From Raillietiella orientalis (Eukaryota): 64,000 nucleotides of DNA. The stretch covers positions 1,488,001 to 1,552,000 of the forward strand of contig JAYWIR010000031.1 of NCBI GenBank assembly GCA_036172245.1. The letters are read 5' to 3'. The notes beneath the pieces are model-generated. The model was not told the DNA's origin. It saw only the letters and a list, made by a program, of their open reading frames with translations, and did no database searches. Below, piece by piece: positions 11,510-23,007 of the stretch (the stretch's first letter is position 1; each line of letters begins with the position of its first letter). The position numbers and the translations under genes are program-made.

Positions 11510-12322
11510 ATCATCCTTGGCCAGTAGTAACAATCTCCACGCGAGATCGCTATTGACTTTTTTTTCGTTTTTTATATAAAAAAAACAGCAGCTGGTTGCA
11601 TAGTTTAAGGTCGGAACACCCCGAGGAAGACACCACTCTTGTGTGCCAGTTTGGATGCAGCAGCAGCTGGCCTTTTCTCCATCTGTCACCGTTCGGAGAC
11701 ACGTCTTCGTCAGACGGCGATCTTCTGTTTCCTTATCGAGAACTCTCAGAATTCATTCGAGCTCCCACACCGACACGCGTCTTTCTACGAATCGCGACCT
11801 CCTTTCTTCGCATCCCCCACCTCCTACGCAGAAAGCGTTCCCCCTCCCTTACGATAAGGTCATTCGCAATCCAATGGCTCTGGATGCTCAGACGTGCCAC
11901 AACATCCACTCCGGCTCGTTCATCACTCCCGACCTACGTCTCCTCAGCACAGATGATCACCTACTCCTAGCACGTAACACTACTTACTTACTTAGCATGG
12001 TCGTGGCATCCTCAGAGGTCCTTCGCTAGTTAACCTTCCTTCCCCTAGGAAATCGGAACGGACGCCATCCCCGGATGTCTTAGCCAACGGTGCATCATAC
12101 CGGATAAACCGGGAATCCTCTTTGTCCGCTACTGCGAAATTCGTGGCATCAGTAACGGAGCCACAACCATCCGATTCTTAGCTCCACGACTTCCTTGCAG
12201 CGATCAACTATTAGAATTTTAGGTAGAAAATTACGATAAATTGTCAAGTTGTAATTATTGCCAAGGCAAATTTTGATATCGATCGATTCGATTCCACACT
12301 CAACACCCACGCACGGACTGCT

Positions 12323-12532
12323 CCCCTAAAACATTTGTTCCCTCCCATGTTTGAACTTTTTGGTTTGTTTTGTTTTTTCTTTCCCAACCCTTGCGCATCG
12401 GAAGGACCTCGCCGGCATAGCGCCGGCAACCAGCAAGCTGGTTTGGTGTGGTGGACCTTCGGGTTCGCCACGCGTCAATTCTTTGTATTTTTGTTTCCAT
12501 GAAATAAATGCCCCGGCACATCCGGGTGTGAA
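12323..12532 (+). mobile_element. 210-bp 3'-UTR-only insertion of the L1/Tx1-like family, copy C, with 11-bp TSD
   Basis: Shares ccctcccatgt, ggacctcgccgg and AATAAAtgccccggcacatccgggtg with copy B. TSD cacggactgct at 12312-12322 and 12533-12543. Confidence 0.85.
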
Positions 12533-12624
12533 CACGGACTGCTTGCCCTTCTCTATTCCATCATCATTACCTTCCTCACAACTATCCTTTTACCATCACA
12601 TGCACCCGCCACCGGCTGTACGAA

Positions 12625-12900
12625 AACAAAATGGCCACCATAAATCTTCGTTCTCTCCATTCGACCCCTTCGCCCTCTCCCCACCCCTCATTACATCCAT
12701 TGCTATGATATCCTACTCACCTTACACTCCACATTCAATCAATCAAACTATCAGAAGCCACCACATGCGCCTCTTCGATTCAAATTTTCACTGCCGTATT
12801 CTCCACTGCTGTCCTCATTAACCTACCAAGAGTCGCACCGCACTAGTTCCCCATCTTCCACCAACCCACCTTTTCACACTTCTCTCCCTAACCATCCCGC
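12625..12900 (+). mobile_element. Possible decayed N-terminus of a LINE APE endonuclease
   Basis: KMATINLRSL (cf. I.T.N.RSL), then YDILLT in a shifted frame (cf. DI..L.ET). Strongly C/A-rich, G-poor strand. Confidence 0.3.
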
Positions 12901-12984
12901 GTGTACTGCTGCGCAGGGACAAACACGAAAACAAGAGCACCAGCACAACGGCACGCTACGCACATCTGAGCGCCTCTTGTGCAC

Positions 12985-13146
12985 CCGGTGGTATATGCTC
13001 ACTGCGATCGATCGTGGTCAGCAAGCGTTTGCGCTCATGGTACGTCCACGTGGTTCTCGTGAGCAGCATCTGAGCGTGCTTGGGATGGTGCACTGTACCC
13101 AGTGAGCTCCAAGCGCACTTTGTATACCACTTAACTTAGTGACCGG
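12985..13146. other. Nested inverted-repeat (foldback) segment
   Basis: gtggtata 12988-12995 pairs with tataccac 13123-13130; gctcactg 12997-13004 pairs with cagtgagc 13100-13107; ccgg at both ends; catctgagcg at 12963 and 13067. Confidence 0.6.
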
Positions 13147-13911
13147 TATGATGAGCACCTGATGGCTTTGTGGAGAAAGCGACCGGAGGAATTTTGGGGG
13201 GGAGAGGAAAAAAAGCGGAGAGTTCTGGAAACGCTAGGCAGCCTCGTTCCCGATCTCATAAAGCGTCACTCTGGAAACGAGGGAAGGTCCCGCGAACCTC
13301 TGCACCTTGGATTACCGGCTCCATTGGTAGGCGCCGGTGCAGCAACGGACGACTTCGAAAGCGACACATCTTCCCTTGGGCCGAGGAGCGCGGGAGACGA
13401 GTCTCCTTTCAGACGGACGGAGCACCGCGCGCCAGAAGTGTGGTCCATCCTGGGGGGAGCAGTGGCCAAGGGAAGGTCTGATTGGAGGTTTTCCTAGCTG
13501 TTCCTATGACTGAAATACATACTTTAGAACAACGGCGGGGAGCCTTCTTGTCTCAGAGGATCGCAGATCATCACACTTCGTAAGTATCAATAATGTTTAT
13601 AAAATTCGTCAGCATGCCGAGTGGGGCCCCTCACGTCATTCCCACCAACCAATACCAAATGCCAGCTTTCAAACTCCACTCCTCGTAATCGTTTTCGGAA
13701 CTTCCAGAGGATTCTCCAGCGACAGCCTCCCGCGCAACATATAGAAGTGTCGTCGTCGACGTCCGACGGAAATCGAGAACTGCGGCTCGTTGTGGTTGGA
13801 ATGTGCATCTGCCACACGTGGGTCCCTCGAAGCCGTGCAACCAACAGGCATACGCGGTGGTTACTCGTTCTCGGCCCACGAACAACGAGGAGCTTCGCAG
13901 GTCGTCTCCGT

Positions 13912-14200
13912 CGCCATCTTTCTAAACGCGTTGCATCTGTGGAAACGGAGACGATCGAAACGTGCTGACCGTCGTAAGCAGGAATTCCGTCGTGTGCAAA
14001 TGTACACACGCGTATCTGTTTTTACACGCTTGCCTGTACGGGAAAAAAGTATACGCACGTCCGCTTACGCGCATGCGCATGATTTTTCCATGGGGATTTT
14101 TCGCCTGCTTGCTGCGCGGCGTTTCCGATCGAGAGAGGCGCCACGCGCATGCGCAAAAATGCCGCCGTTGAGGGAACGAATGCGGTTGCGCGCGCGTGCA
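13912..14200. promoter_or_regulatory. Candidate housekeeping-type promoter motif cluster (YY1-like + two NRF1/EWG-like sites)
   Basis: CGCCATCTT at 13912-13920; CGCGCATGCGCA at 14068-14079 and 14144-14155 in CpG-rich DNA. Motif match only. Confidence 0.3.
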
Positions 14201-14239
14201 GTGCACCGAAACTTCGGCGCCGCACTTCGACGTGCAGGA

Positions 14240-17200
14240 GGTTTGGGGATCCAGAATCGCGTACGCGAAGGGGTCACCCGCACTTGTCCGACGAGGAGAC
14301 CACCCTGGGTCACCTTTGCCGCCCGTCTCGACCGGGCCCTCTCCGGTGACGAAACCGCCCTCCTGCCACGAGACCGGAAGCTCTGGACTTCGGAAGTGGG
14401 CGTCCGGTACAGGAGGAACAATGGAGGCTACTTCTTTTGCCTGCTCCCGAAGGAGCATCATCAGTCGTCGGCATTCGATTTCGCCTCTGGGCAGAGACCC
14501 CTCAGCCTGCAACGTCCGGAGCCTTGCGCAATGAATTCTTTTCTAAGCTGTTGCCACGTAAACTCGAGATGCGTTCAAGATGAAGTTGCCACAGAGTTTT
14601 CTTCCCGGGAACGGGGGGGGGGGGGAAGGAGGGAATCAGGTGAGGCACTCGTGGGAAAAGGAGGAGTCACCATCACTTTCGATGGTGAAACGGTCCTCCT
14701 GCCACGAGTCTGGATTCGCTGGACCTCGAAAGTGGGCAACCTTCCCATCGCAGCGGGCCGCAGGTTGCTCCACCGCGGGTGTAGGCGGAGGAATCGTTGG
14801 GTTCTTGCGCTCGCACCATCTTGACTGCCTGCGGGGTTCGAATGGAGGGGGGGTCATCGCGAGACTACCTGAGGGAGCTGCAGCGCCGAGTTGAAGGGGT
14901 CGCAGGATCGGATGCAGAGCCCATTGTTCTTAGCACAACGTTGCATCCCTTGCACACGCAGCTTCACGTCGGCACCCGCGTCAAAAGCCAGCGGTCGCTT
15001 CTCTTCGTGGTCGACCGGTCGCGCTTGTCGGCCAGAAGCAGGAAGCATCCGTTTCGGCGCCCAGCCCTCCGGCTGCTTCCTCGCCGCTGGCGGGGTTCGG
15101 AGAGGGGAACCGGGACGAGTAAGAACCGGGGAGGAGGTTCTTCCGCGGGCCACCCAGCTGCTCCCGACGTTCTTCCGAGGGGAAATCGGAAGAGCAGATG
15201 CGACGAGCCCCGCCCTCTCAGATGAGTCAGCGGTTCTCTGGCGGGAAGAAGGAGCGACGAGAAGCTCAGAGGCGGCGGCAGCGGAAAGAACCTTGTAGGC
15301 GAGCGCGTCCGCCAAGGGGGAGGGAGCGGTTGCGCCAAGTGTGCAGGTCGCTCTCCAGAAGGAGGGAGGGATTTTTTTTTTTTTTGCCGAGGAAATGATA
15401 AAGTCGAATGTGAACCACAGGAGAATGGGAGAAGGTCCCGCCACTCCAGGGCGAATCATCTGGTCGGTTCCACTCTTCTGGTCTTGAAGAGAAACCTCGG
15501 ATCCCTCCTTGGCTCTTCGCCTCTGAGAGTGACGACGACCCAAGCGGAAGCTGACCCCCCCCCCCCCCCAGTGCAGCAGCCGCAACTCCTCTTCCTGGCC
15601 ACCAGCTTCTAGCCTGTCCTTTCCACGCGTGTTTCGTGGAACAGCCGCGCCCGCCGACACTTCTCGTTCTCTTGCCATCTTCCGCGCAGGCTCCCCTTTT
15701 CCCTGGGTCGGACGTGAGCCACCTTCTTCCGGAACTGCTCTGCTCTGAAGAGTTTCATTCTCACCTCTCCGTCCGATCCCCGCCGAGATCTTCGACTTCT
15801 GCAGGACCTGTCTGCCGCCAGACAACCTTCAGCGATCAGCAAACTGCGAAGAGTGGGGGACGGCGCTGAAGACCGCACGGAGGAGAAGCCCATCCGGCCA
15901 TCAGGTTTCGGGCAGTTGGTTCTTCCAGAGACATCGGAACCTTCGGACGGCCATCGTCCTCATGGTGCTTTCAGCCGATACTACCGAAAGCGCCACAGAA
16001 GCCGCGCAAAGATGCACCTTCCGATGACGTTCGGCCACGTCGAAAGGGCAGCTCAAAGTGGTGTCCCGATCGACCTTGGCAGGGCTCAAGTCAGGTCCCC
16101 TGAGGACATTTCGCGAGTGACCGACCCGAGCGCGGACAGGGTCATCTGAGAGAGGGGAGGTGCATTTCTTGAAAGTTCGAGTCCTCAGAAGGAGTACTCC
16201 TTCAGCAGGGGTCCGTTCGCGGCGGGAGAGCCGTCCTTCGGCGGGTCTTCCATCTTGAACGAGCCGCCAGTCGGAGCAGGAAAACAAGAAGCGGATCGCT
16301 CCGCGGACAACCCACTCACGTGATGTCGAGGGAACGCCGGAGCACGGAAACGAAGGAGGAGGAGGAGGAAGCGGAGGAGGCACAGGGCAGCCAGCCAACC
16401 AGCCAGCCTACCCTCCCCATATCTTTATTTCTATGTTTTTATGTGTGTATTTGTGGTCCCCTCCCTCCCGTTCCGGACTTCGGTTTACCGACCTGCGTGT
16501 CGGGGATCCCCCCCCTTCGTTTCTTCTGTGTCCTTTGTCCGGGAACTCTGTTCCTGGATAGTTTAGGAATAAACCCGCCCCGGCGCACCCGGGTGAGAAA
16601 CAACCAGCCAGCCCCCTTTTGTCGCTCCCCTTTTTCATGTTTCTCCGCACCCCCCACCCCCCCTCTCTGATTTTCTGCAAAGATCCCTTTCTTAAGAAAA
16701 GTCCCATGGGTCCTGCAGGGACCCGGATTCGCCTCCAGTAATAATACTTGGTGGCGCCGCGTAGGGATGAACTCTGGAAAAGAGCGAGCTGCAAGGGAAG
16801 CTGCTGCGACAGCTGGCACTCCACGGCAAATCGTGAACCTTCTTCCTCTGCGATGTGCGCCGGCATGACTCGCCCCTTCGGCGCTGCGCAGGCAGCAAAG
16901 GGCAACCCTGCAACGGCCCTCGAACCGGAATTTATAGCGGCAGGAGGCGGTGGGGACTTGGGGATGCCGTTCTGGAAGTGCGCTTGGATGGGAGCTTCGT
17001 TCCCCGCGAACCCTCCTCTGCGACCCCGCCGGGAGCTGTTCTGCAGGACTGGGCGAAGTGGTCCCGTCTGACACTCCCCGCCTCAGCACCGTCTGCCCTC
17101 GGGGCGGTGGCCGTTGTTAACCAGTGGGGTGGGAGCACTGTCAAGGAGTTCGGTCACTCCCTGACAGCTGGAAGATGAGCGAGCTGGCGAACGCCGCTGA

Positions 17201-17850
17201 GACTCCACCTTGCCGGGCCAAGGAAGGAAAGCTGACAGGAAGAGATGCTACACTTCCCTGCTTCAGGTCCCTCCTTTGTGTGCCTACCCTGGTGTCACTG
17301 GGGTACCCAGTGACCAACCAGCGTGGAAATCCGGTTTCTGGGGAGGGAGGGGGGGGGGTGTCTACAGACTATCGGCAGACTGTGGCGGAGGCTGTGTCTT
17401 CAGCTCTCATGGAACCGAAAGACCTCCCCTCCGCCAAGGACTTGCCGCGACGGGCTCCCCACAGGTGAACTGGCTGCAATGGGATTCTGCATCCGCTCCA
17501 TCGCCGCGGCTCACGTGCCGGAGTCTCTCCGGTGCTGCGTAGGGAGGTCACCCGCCTGACAACCGACCGCATGAGGACGGCTGCGGGGCGGCCTCGCGTG
17601 CAGGAGGAAGTCAAGCTGGAGATTGCCGGTATGCCGCACCTCCACTGAGCACATGGGGGCGACTCAGACCAAAGATTCCACTCCCCCACCTTTTCTTTCT
17701 TCATTGCCGCTCCTCTTCCGCCCCGGACATCTTCAGCGACCTGCCTGCGTGTCGGTGATGCTCCCCCGTGAACTTGTTTTCACCTTGGGATCTCGGTTCC
17801 CAGACTAGCTGTTGATTCCTGACAAACGCCCCGGGCGACCGGTTGAAAAC
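14240..17850 (+). mobile_element. Long, very decayed L1/Tx1-like ORF2 relic (copy E), interrupted by copy D
   Basis: Ordered traces: ETALLP..WTSEVG / ETVLLP..WTSKVG (APE ET motif, duplicated), GVGGGIVGFL..GGVIARL, LSDESAVL (SDH..V), PGSD..PEL (PG.DG..EF), GGDLGMP (GGLG.P). The 3' UTR (17700-17850) aligns with copy D and ends acaaacgccccgggcgaccggttgaaaa. Confidence 0.45.
16409..16600 (+). mobile_element. 192-bp 3'-UTR-only insertion of the L1/Tx1-like family, copy D, with 13-bp TSD
   Basis: Ends AATAAAcccgccccggcgcacccgggtgagaaa. TSD caaccagccagcc at 16396-16408 and 16601-16613. Confidence 0.85.
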
Positions 17851-18189
17851 GAGCCAGTTTTTCCATCGAGCGTGCGTCTCCCACTATGATGGGGGCGGAG
17901 GAAGCGCCGAGGAGGCGAATTGCTTCTCCAGTGCGCCAGGACCCGGCTCGCCTCCAAGGCGGACCCATCTGTCTGCCCCCCACCCCCTCCATCCTTCTGA
18001 ACACTTGCAGCTCGGAGTCTTTTGCGGAAAGCCGAAGGTGTCGGGCCCCTTTCAGTTCCTCGCACGATCCACCTCATCGAGAATATCGAACACGCTAATT
18101 CCGGGTTCCTAAGCAACGACCCAGGTGCTGCTAACTCTACTATTGGCCCAGCTTGTCAAGAGATTGAGGGAGAGGAGGGGGGGGGGGGA

Positions 18190-18670
18190 AGAAAGAAGGA
18201 TCTGAAAGATCACGAAATTCCACGAACAGTTGGTTCAGTTCCCAAATCGAATCGCGGAGCGTCCGCTGCTTGGGCAAAATCCGAAAGCGGCCCAGCAGGA
18301 AAAGCACGGAATCTCCCGTTGCCTTCTTTCAGAGATGTGAGGCGTGTCGAGGAGGGGGTGATCCCACAGGCATGCACCCTCCCCCCCCTATCGCCAGGGC
18401 GCTCAGTCAGGCTCAGTCGTCTCGCCATGGAGTGGATGCCGCTCCGCTTCTTGCTGCCAATTGTTTTCACATCCCGTTTTTCTGGCGGGGGCGTTCGCCT
18501 GGAGGAAGCCACCGTCACGTTGCGATGGCGCAAGAAAGACGCTGAGAGCCTTCCAGAAAGGAACTGGAAACCGAGCCTTCGACTGCCTTTGTTCGGATGA
18601 CTCCTCCCCGCGACATCCGATCAATACGATGGCTCTTTGTCGCGGGCCGAAGCACTTCCGCTGGGCCCCG
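18190..18670 (+). mobile_element. Possible decayed LINE RT relic
   Basis: EGVIPQACTLPPL (cf. GVPQG..L.PL), LLAANC (L.ADD) and PKHFRW (KYLG), in order. Weak. Confidence 0.3.
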
Positions 18671-19759
18671 TCATCTGAAGGAGAGGGAGACGTGACGCCG
18701 TTCTTGGCTTGAGGACGGGTTCAAGAAATTCGTGTTTCCTTTCCCTGCACGCAACTCCCAGCATCATCATCACCACCTTAAAAAAGAGCGCAAGAAGAGG
18801 CGGAGGACACTTCACGTTTGAAATGTGACGCTCGCGTTTCCAACTACGGTTGGCTGCTTTGACTTCAAACCTGCCAATCAGAGTTTCAATCGGGACGCTC
18901 GGGAAGTCAGATAATTCCTCCGAAGAACATGCAAGCAGGGAGTTCTTCTTGGGATTGAAAGGGTTCGAGAGCAGGTGCACGCACAGGTTCAGACGCATAA
19001 TCTCTCTCCCTCTCTTCTTTTTTTTTTTTTTTCTCTGGTACTTGCGGTGAGTATCTCAAGTGGTCTCTACGGAGATGCTAAGCTCTTGCTCCGAATCCAG
19101 ATCGAGGGCAGTCGTCGTTGGGATCGTAACTGATGGTGACCTCATGTTCAGCGAAAGAACCTGAGGTACCGAACTGTGTTTTTCCGACTTCATCTTCTAA
19201 AACATGCTCCGGGAGCCGGGCGGGGAAAAAAAAAAAAAAACGCAGGCTAGAAGAAAACCCGTTGTAAATCTCCGAGGCAACGGGGCCTGAAAATTCACCA
19301 TAGGCAGCAGCATGTGCAACGGTGACGGTTGATAACATGTGCACCTTCGCACCATCCTTCGTAATGGCTCCAACGAGCTGAAGATAACAGGCGCACCGGC
19401 AAACCCCCGTCGAGCACCTGCCTGCCTGCCAGGATGGGATTCGCGCACATGCGCTCTTGCGGGAAAAAAGGACTTCTGGCGGCAGCAGGGAACGCGAGCA
19501 GCGTACATACCTTCCCTTCCTCTTTCTCCTCCTTCCTCCCGGAAGTGGGTCCGAAAGAGGAACGGCGTGCACGGAGTTTGTAACGACGTCTCCCGCTGAC
19601 GGGAAGTGGCACTTCCGGCTCTCGTGGAGGAGGTCCGCGGGAAGAGGAAGCGCGACTGGCAGCGAAGGCGCAGGGTGTGCACTTTGATGCCGGCAGCGCG
19701 ACCCGGCCACGGCTTTGCTGCAGATCACCGTGAGGGAGCCCATGGAATGCCCCTGGTCA

Positions 19760-20500
19760 TGTCTGCACGAGGGCAGCTCGGGTCACGCGGAGCTCCAGCT
19801 GCCTCTCTAAACCCTTGGTTCGGGGACGGAGTCATGAGTCACGAGCACCCTTTATCCGAGCTTCTGGAGATCTGGACCAGCAGTGGGCGAAGAGCCGTAC
19901 CCTGGTCCGTTTGCCTGGATTTCACAAGCGTCAACACCGGGGAAGGGGAAGGGTCATTTGGCCCTTCGCTGCTCCTATGTGAAGCCACCGGTCGGGCCCT
20001 GGAGGGAAGGGCGTGCTGCCTCTTCTTCGCCCCCTCGTGGAAACGCACCGGGTGTGCACTGAGCGCCCACGCGAGCGCCCTGCTTTTTTTTCGTGAGAGG
20101 TCATTACCATGAGGCCACCACCAGGTGATCGTCTCCAGCTTCCCAGTCGTATTTCGGGAAGATCCGCTCTGCTAAGGGCGACCCTCTAGACCACTCTAGG
20201 TCCTCCAGGCTCCAAGGTCTCCCCGTCGACCCAGAGGGAGAGCAGCGCGTTCGAGGAGGATGGACGGAACCGGAGTAGGAGGGGAAGACGGACGGCGTGC
20301 AACCATCACGGGACCTGGGAAGACCCGAGAGAGAAGGAGGGAATCTTCCTGGTGATTCCAGCCGGAGGCTTCCCGGCTACCGTTGGTCGTTCCCATCGCC
20401 GCCGCCGTCTCTCTCAGAGGTGCTGCGTTCGGTCGACCGACGGCCGCCCGTAAGGGAGGCAAGATTGGCAGGGGTGGCGGCGCTGTTCGGTCGACGATCC
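19760..20500 (+). mobile_element. Decayed LINE RT relic
   Basis: GQLGSR (Q.GFR), VCLDFTSV (LDF.KAF), AKGDPL (QGDPL) and VDD near 20490, in the expected order. Confidence 0.4.
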
Positions 20501-22986
20501 GCGGGAGCGCGCGGGGAACCTCCTCCCTTTCGGGCCCTGGAGGCGTTGGTCGGAAACCGCAGCGCGCGGGAGCGACGGTGGCGCTGCCGCGGGCATGGTG
20601 GCAAGGTGCTTTTCCCTCTCCCTGCTCGCTATCCCCACCGCCAACTCCAGCCTTTTCGAGAAGCTTCCTCTTCCTCCTCTCGGACGCGCTGCTGACTCCC
20701 GCTCCCTATCCTCGCCTCGTGGGCCGACAGATCGCTCGTGACGGGCGGTGTGACTTTGGCAAGAAATTCCCTCCAGCTAGGTCCCACTTCCCCTTTCGTC
20801 TCCTCCTTCCTCTTACGCGCGTGCGTGCGTGCCGCCGCGGCGGGCTGCAGTTGACGTCACACTCTCACCGCCTCCGCTGCCGCTGCTTTTTTTTTTTTTG
20901 TTCTTTCGTTTCTGCGCTCGTCGCAAAAGAGGCAGGGACTGCCGCTCTGCCACACCCCTCCTCTCTCGACCCTCCCCCACATAGGGGTCGATTCCTCGCC
21001 TCCTCCTCCTCCGTCGCTTCCCCCAACCCAGACCGGCGGGACCGGTGCTCTTTGCAGACCGGAGTGGCAGTGTGCCAATTCCTCGTGGCGACCTCGGCCC
21101 GTCCTCCCCTGGACATCTTCCGTGGTGAAGGATGCGCCGCGGAGGGACCGGATGGCTGGCATGATGGCGACCTCCCCCCCCCTTTCCCCTCCTCCGTGTG
21201 AGGAAGTGGTCTTGACGATGGCCAGAAAGTGGGAGTGACCGCGTCCTCTTCCAGAGGACGAAAAAGATTCCTCCCGAAGCAACCGGCCTCTTCCTATCCT
21301 CCCTTTCGTCGTGGAAAGCGATCTGGGCATGGTCCCTCCCCCCTCCCCTTTTCTCCACCCGAGACCCCCAGGCGACGAGCGACGGCCGGAAAGCTCCCGG
21401 AATTCCGTCAGTCTCCTTCCCTGCTCGTCGCGAGGTCCCTCGAGGCACCCGATACGGGAAGGAAACGAGGAAGGGGCAGCGCATTCGCCCCGGCCGTACC
21501 CCAGGTCTCGAAATTCCCGCTACTCCCTTCTCCTTCCCTCCCGCGTCGCCGTCGTCGGCGCTTCCGATGGCTTCTTGGACGGGGCGACCGCGCGCCGCAG
21601 TTCGATCTCCGACGTCGACGCGCACGCAGCCGCCGCCGTCGCCCGGCACGGAGGGACGAGGGAAGGAGGCGCGCGCGCCCGCCGACCGCAGCTCCACGCG
21701 GCGGCCTGACACGTAAGTGTGAGACTTCCCACTGTTTGCTTCGTCACTCCCCTCCTCCTCCTCCCGCATCCGGCCGGCTCCCTCCAAAGTCCGAAGTGCT
21801 TTACTTCCCTTTTTCTTCCTGGGACTGCCGTGCGCCCCGACCGTGCGCTGAAGACAGAGTTGTGTGGTGGCTGACCGTGGAGGTCCGCGCGTGCCCGTAT
21901 CATGAGGAGGCACCGCCTCTTAGGGAGAGAGGGTGGTGGGAGGGCGTAGGGTGTGCGTGGACGAGAGGAGGTGGCAGAGAGGGGCAAGTCGCGTTAGTTC
22001 ATCCCGTTCGATCCCCTTTCACCCGCAGGCTGATCGCCCTCCTCCAGAGAGCAGCTCTCCGCTCTGGCTGGCGAGCGGCGATCCAAGCGGCGCCTCAGTC
22101 GCAGCTTCCGGTCGTCAAAGGATGGTCGCCGGAGGGCATGCGCTCGCCATTTGCCCCTCGTCCCCCCTCCCCCCCTTCCCAGGTCAACGCGAAGCCTTCC
22201 CTAACGTTGGCACCCTCCTTTCCCTCACCAGCATTCCCGGTCGGTGCTCAGCTGCCGTTTGGTTGGAGTGGCCCATCGCGTGGGGGGGTAGGAGTCCCTA
22301 CGCCCTTCTCTCTCCTCCAGGGAAAGAGCTCGCGAGCTGAGGGAGTGATCCCAAGTGATCCGAAGTGGCGCAGGCAGGCGCGCGCCGGGAAGCTGAGATC
22401 CTCGAGGCGACGGTGGCGTCTCGTTTCCTCGGGACGGAATTGCGCGCTCCCCTTCCCTGCTGGCGACACTTCCGAGGGAAGGACACGCGCGCGCCGGGGT
22501 TTCCCATCCGGGAAGACGTCACGGGCGCTCGCTCGTGCACGAGACGATGCATATCGAGTGATTCGCTCTTCCCTTCTCCTCGTCCTCCTCCTCTCCCTCT
22601 GCTCCTTTCTTGCTTTTGCCCATCAGCCTTACTACGACGCTGTAGCCGAACGAGCGTTCACGGGAAGTTTAGCCCAAGGCACGAAGCTGACCTTGAAGAG
22701 CTTCGTTTTTTTTTTTTTTTTTTTTCTCGCGCGGAGGCAGAGCTAACGCTGCACTTCGAGTGTGTTCCGTTCAGTTTCGCACGTGTCCTTGCTTAGCAAG
22801 GTTGATGGGGAGATCGACGGGTATGGGAGTTGGGCCAATTTGTAATGAATGATTAATTAGCTGTACCACTCTGCAGCCCACCATCTCCGTCGACCGCAGC
22901 TCCCCGTCTTCGGACTTTGATCCTGGCATGAAAAATAAGGAAAATAATCACAACGGCGAAGCCGAGGATGCGCTCGTACATATATG

Positions 22987-23007
22987 TATATATATATATA
23001 TATATAT
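22987..23007. repeat. (TA)n microsatellite
   Basis: Direct reading. Confidence 0.9.

Noticed and set aside
13140..13175. Hammerhead ribozyme or C/D snoRNA at ATGATGAG...CTGA (also CTGATGA at ~5688 and ~6668)
   Set aside because: No stem II followed by GAAA; the C-like and D-like boxes are too close together.
13631..13885. EGF-like CWLHGFEGPTC
   Set aside because: Only two cysteines in pattern and no supporting exon structure.
13790..15825. 344-aa (+) and 323-aa (-) ORFs as intact genes
   Set aside because: Better explained as GC-rich decayed L1 sequence; only fragments of motifs remain.
21229..22746. 505-aa ORF (and 366-aa ORF 20813-21913 on the minus strand)
   Set aside because: R/P/G/S-rich translation of very GC-rich DNA, open in several frames, running through splice-like signals and poly-T; no domain recognised.
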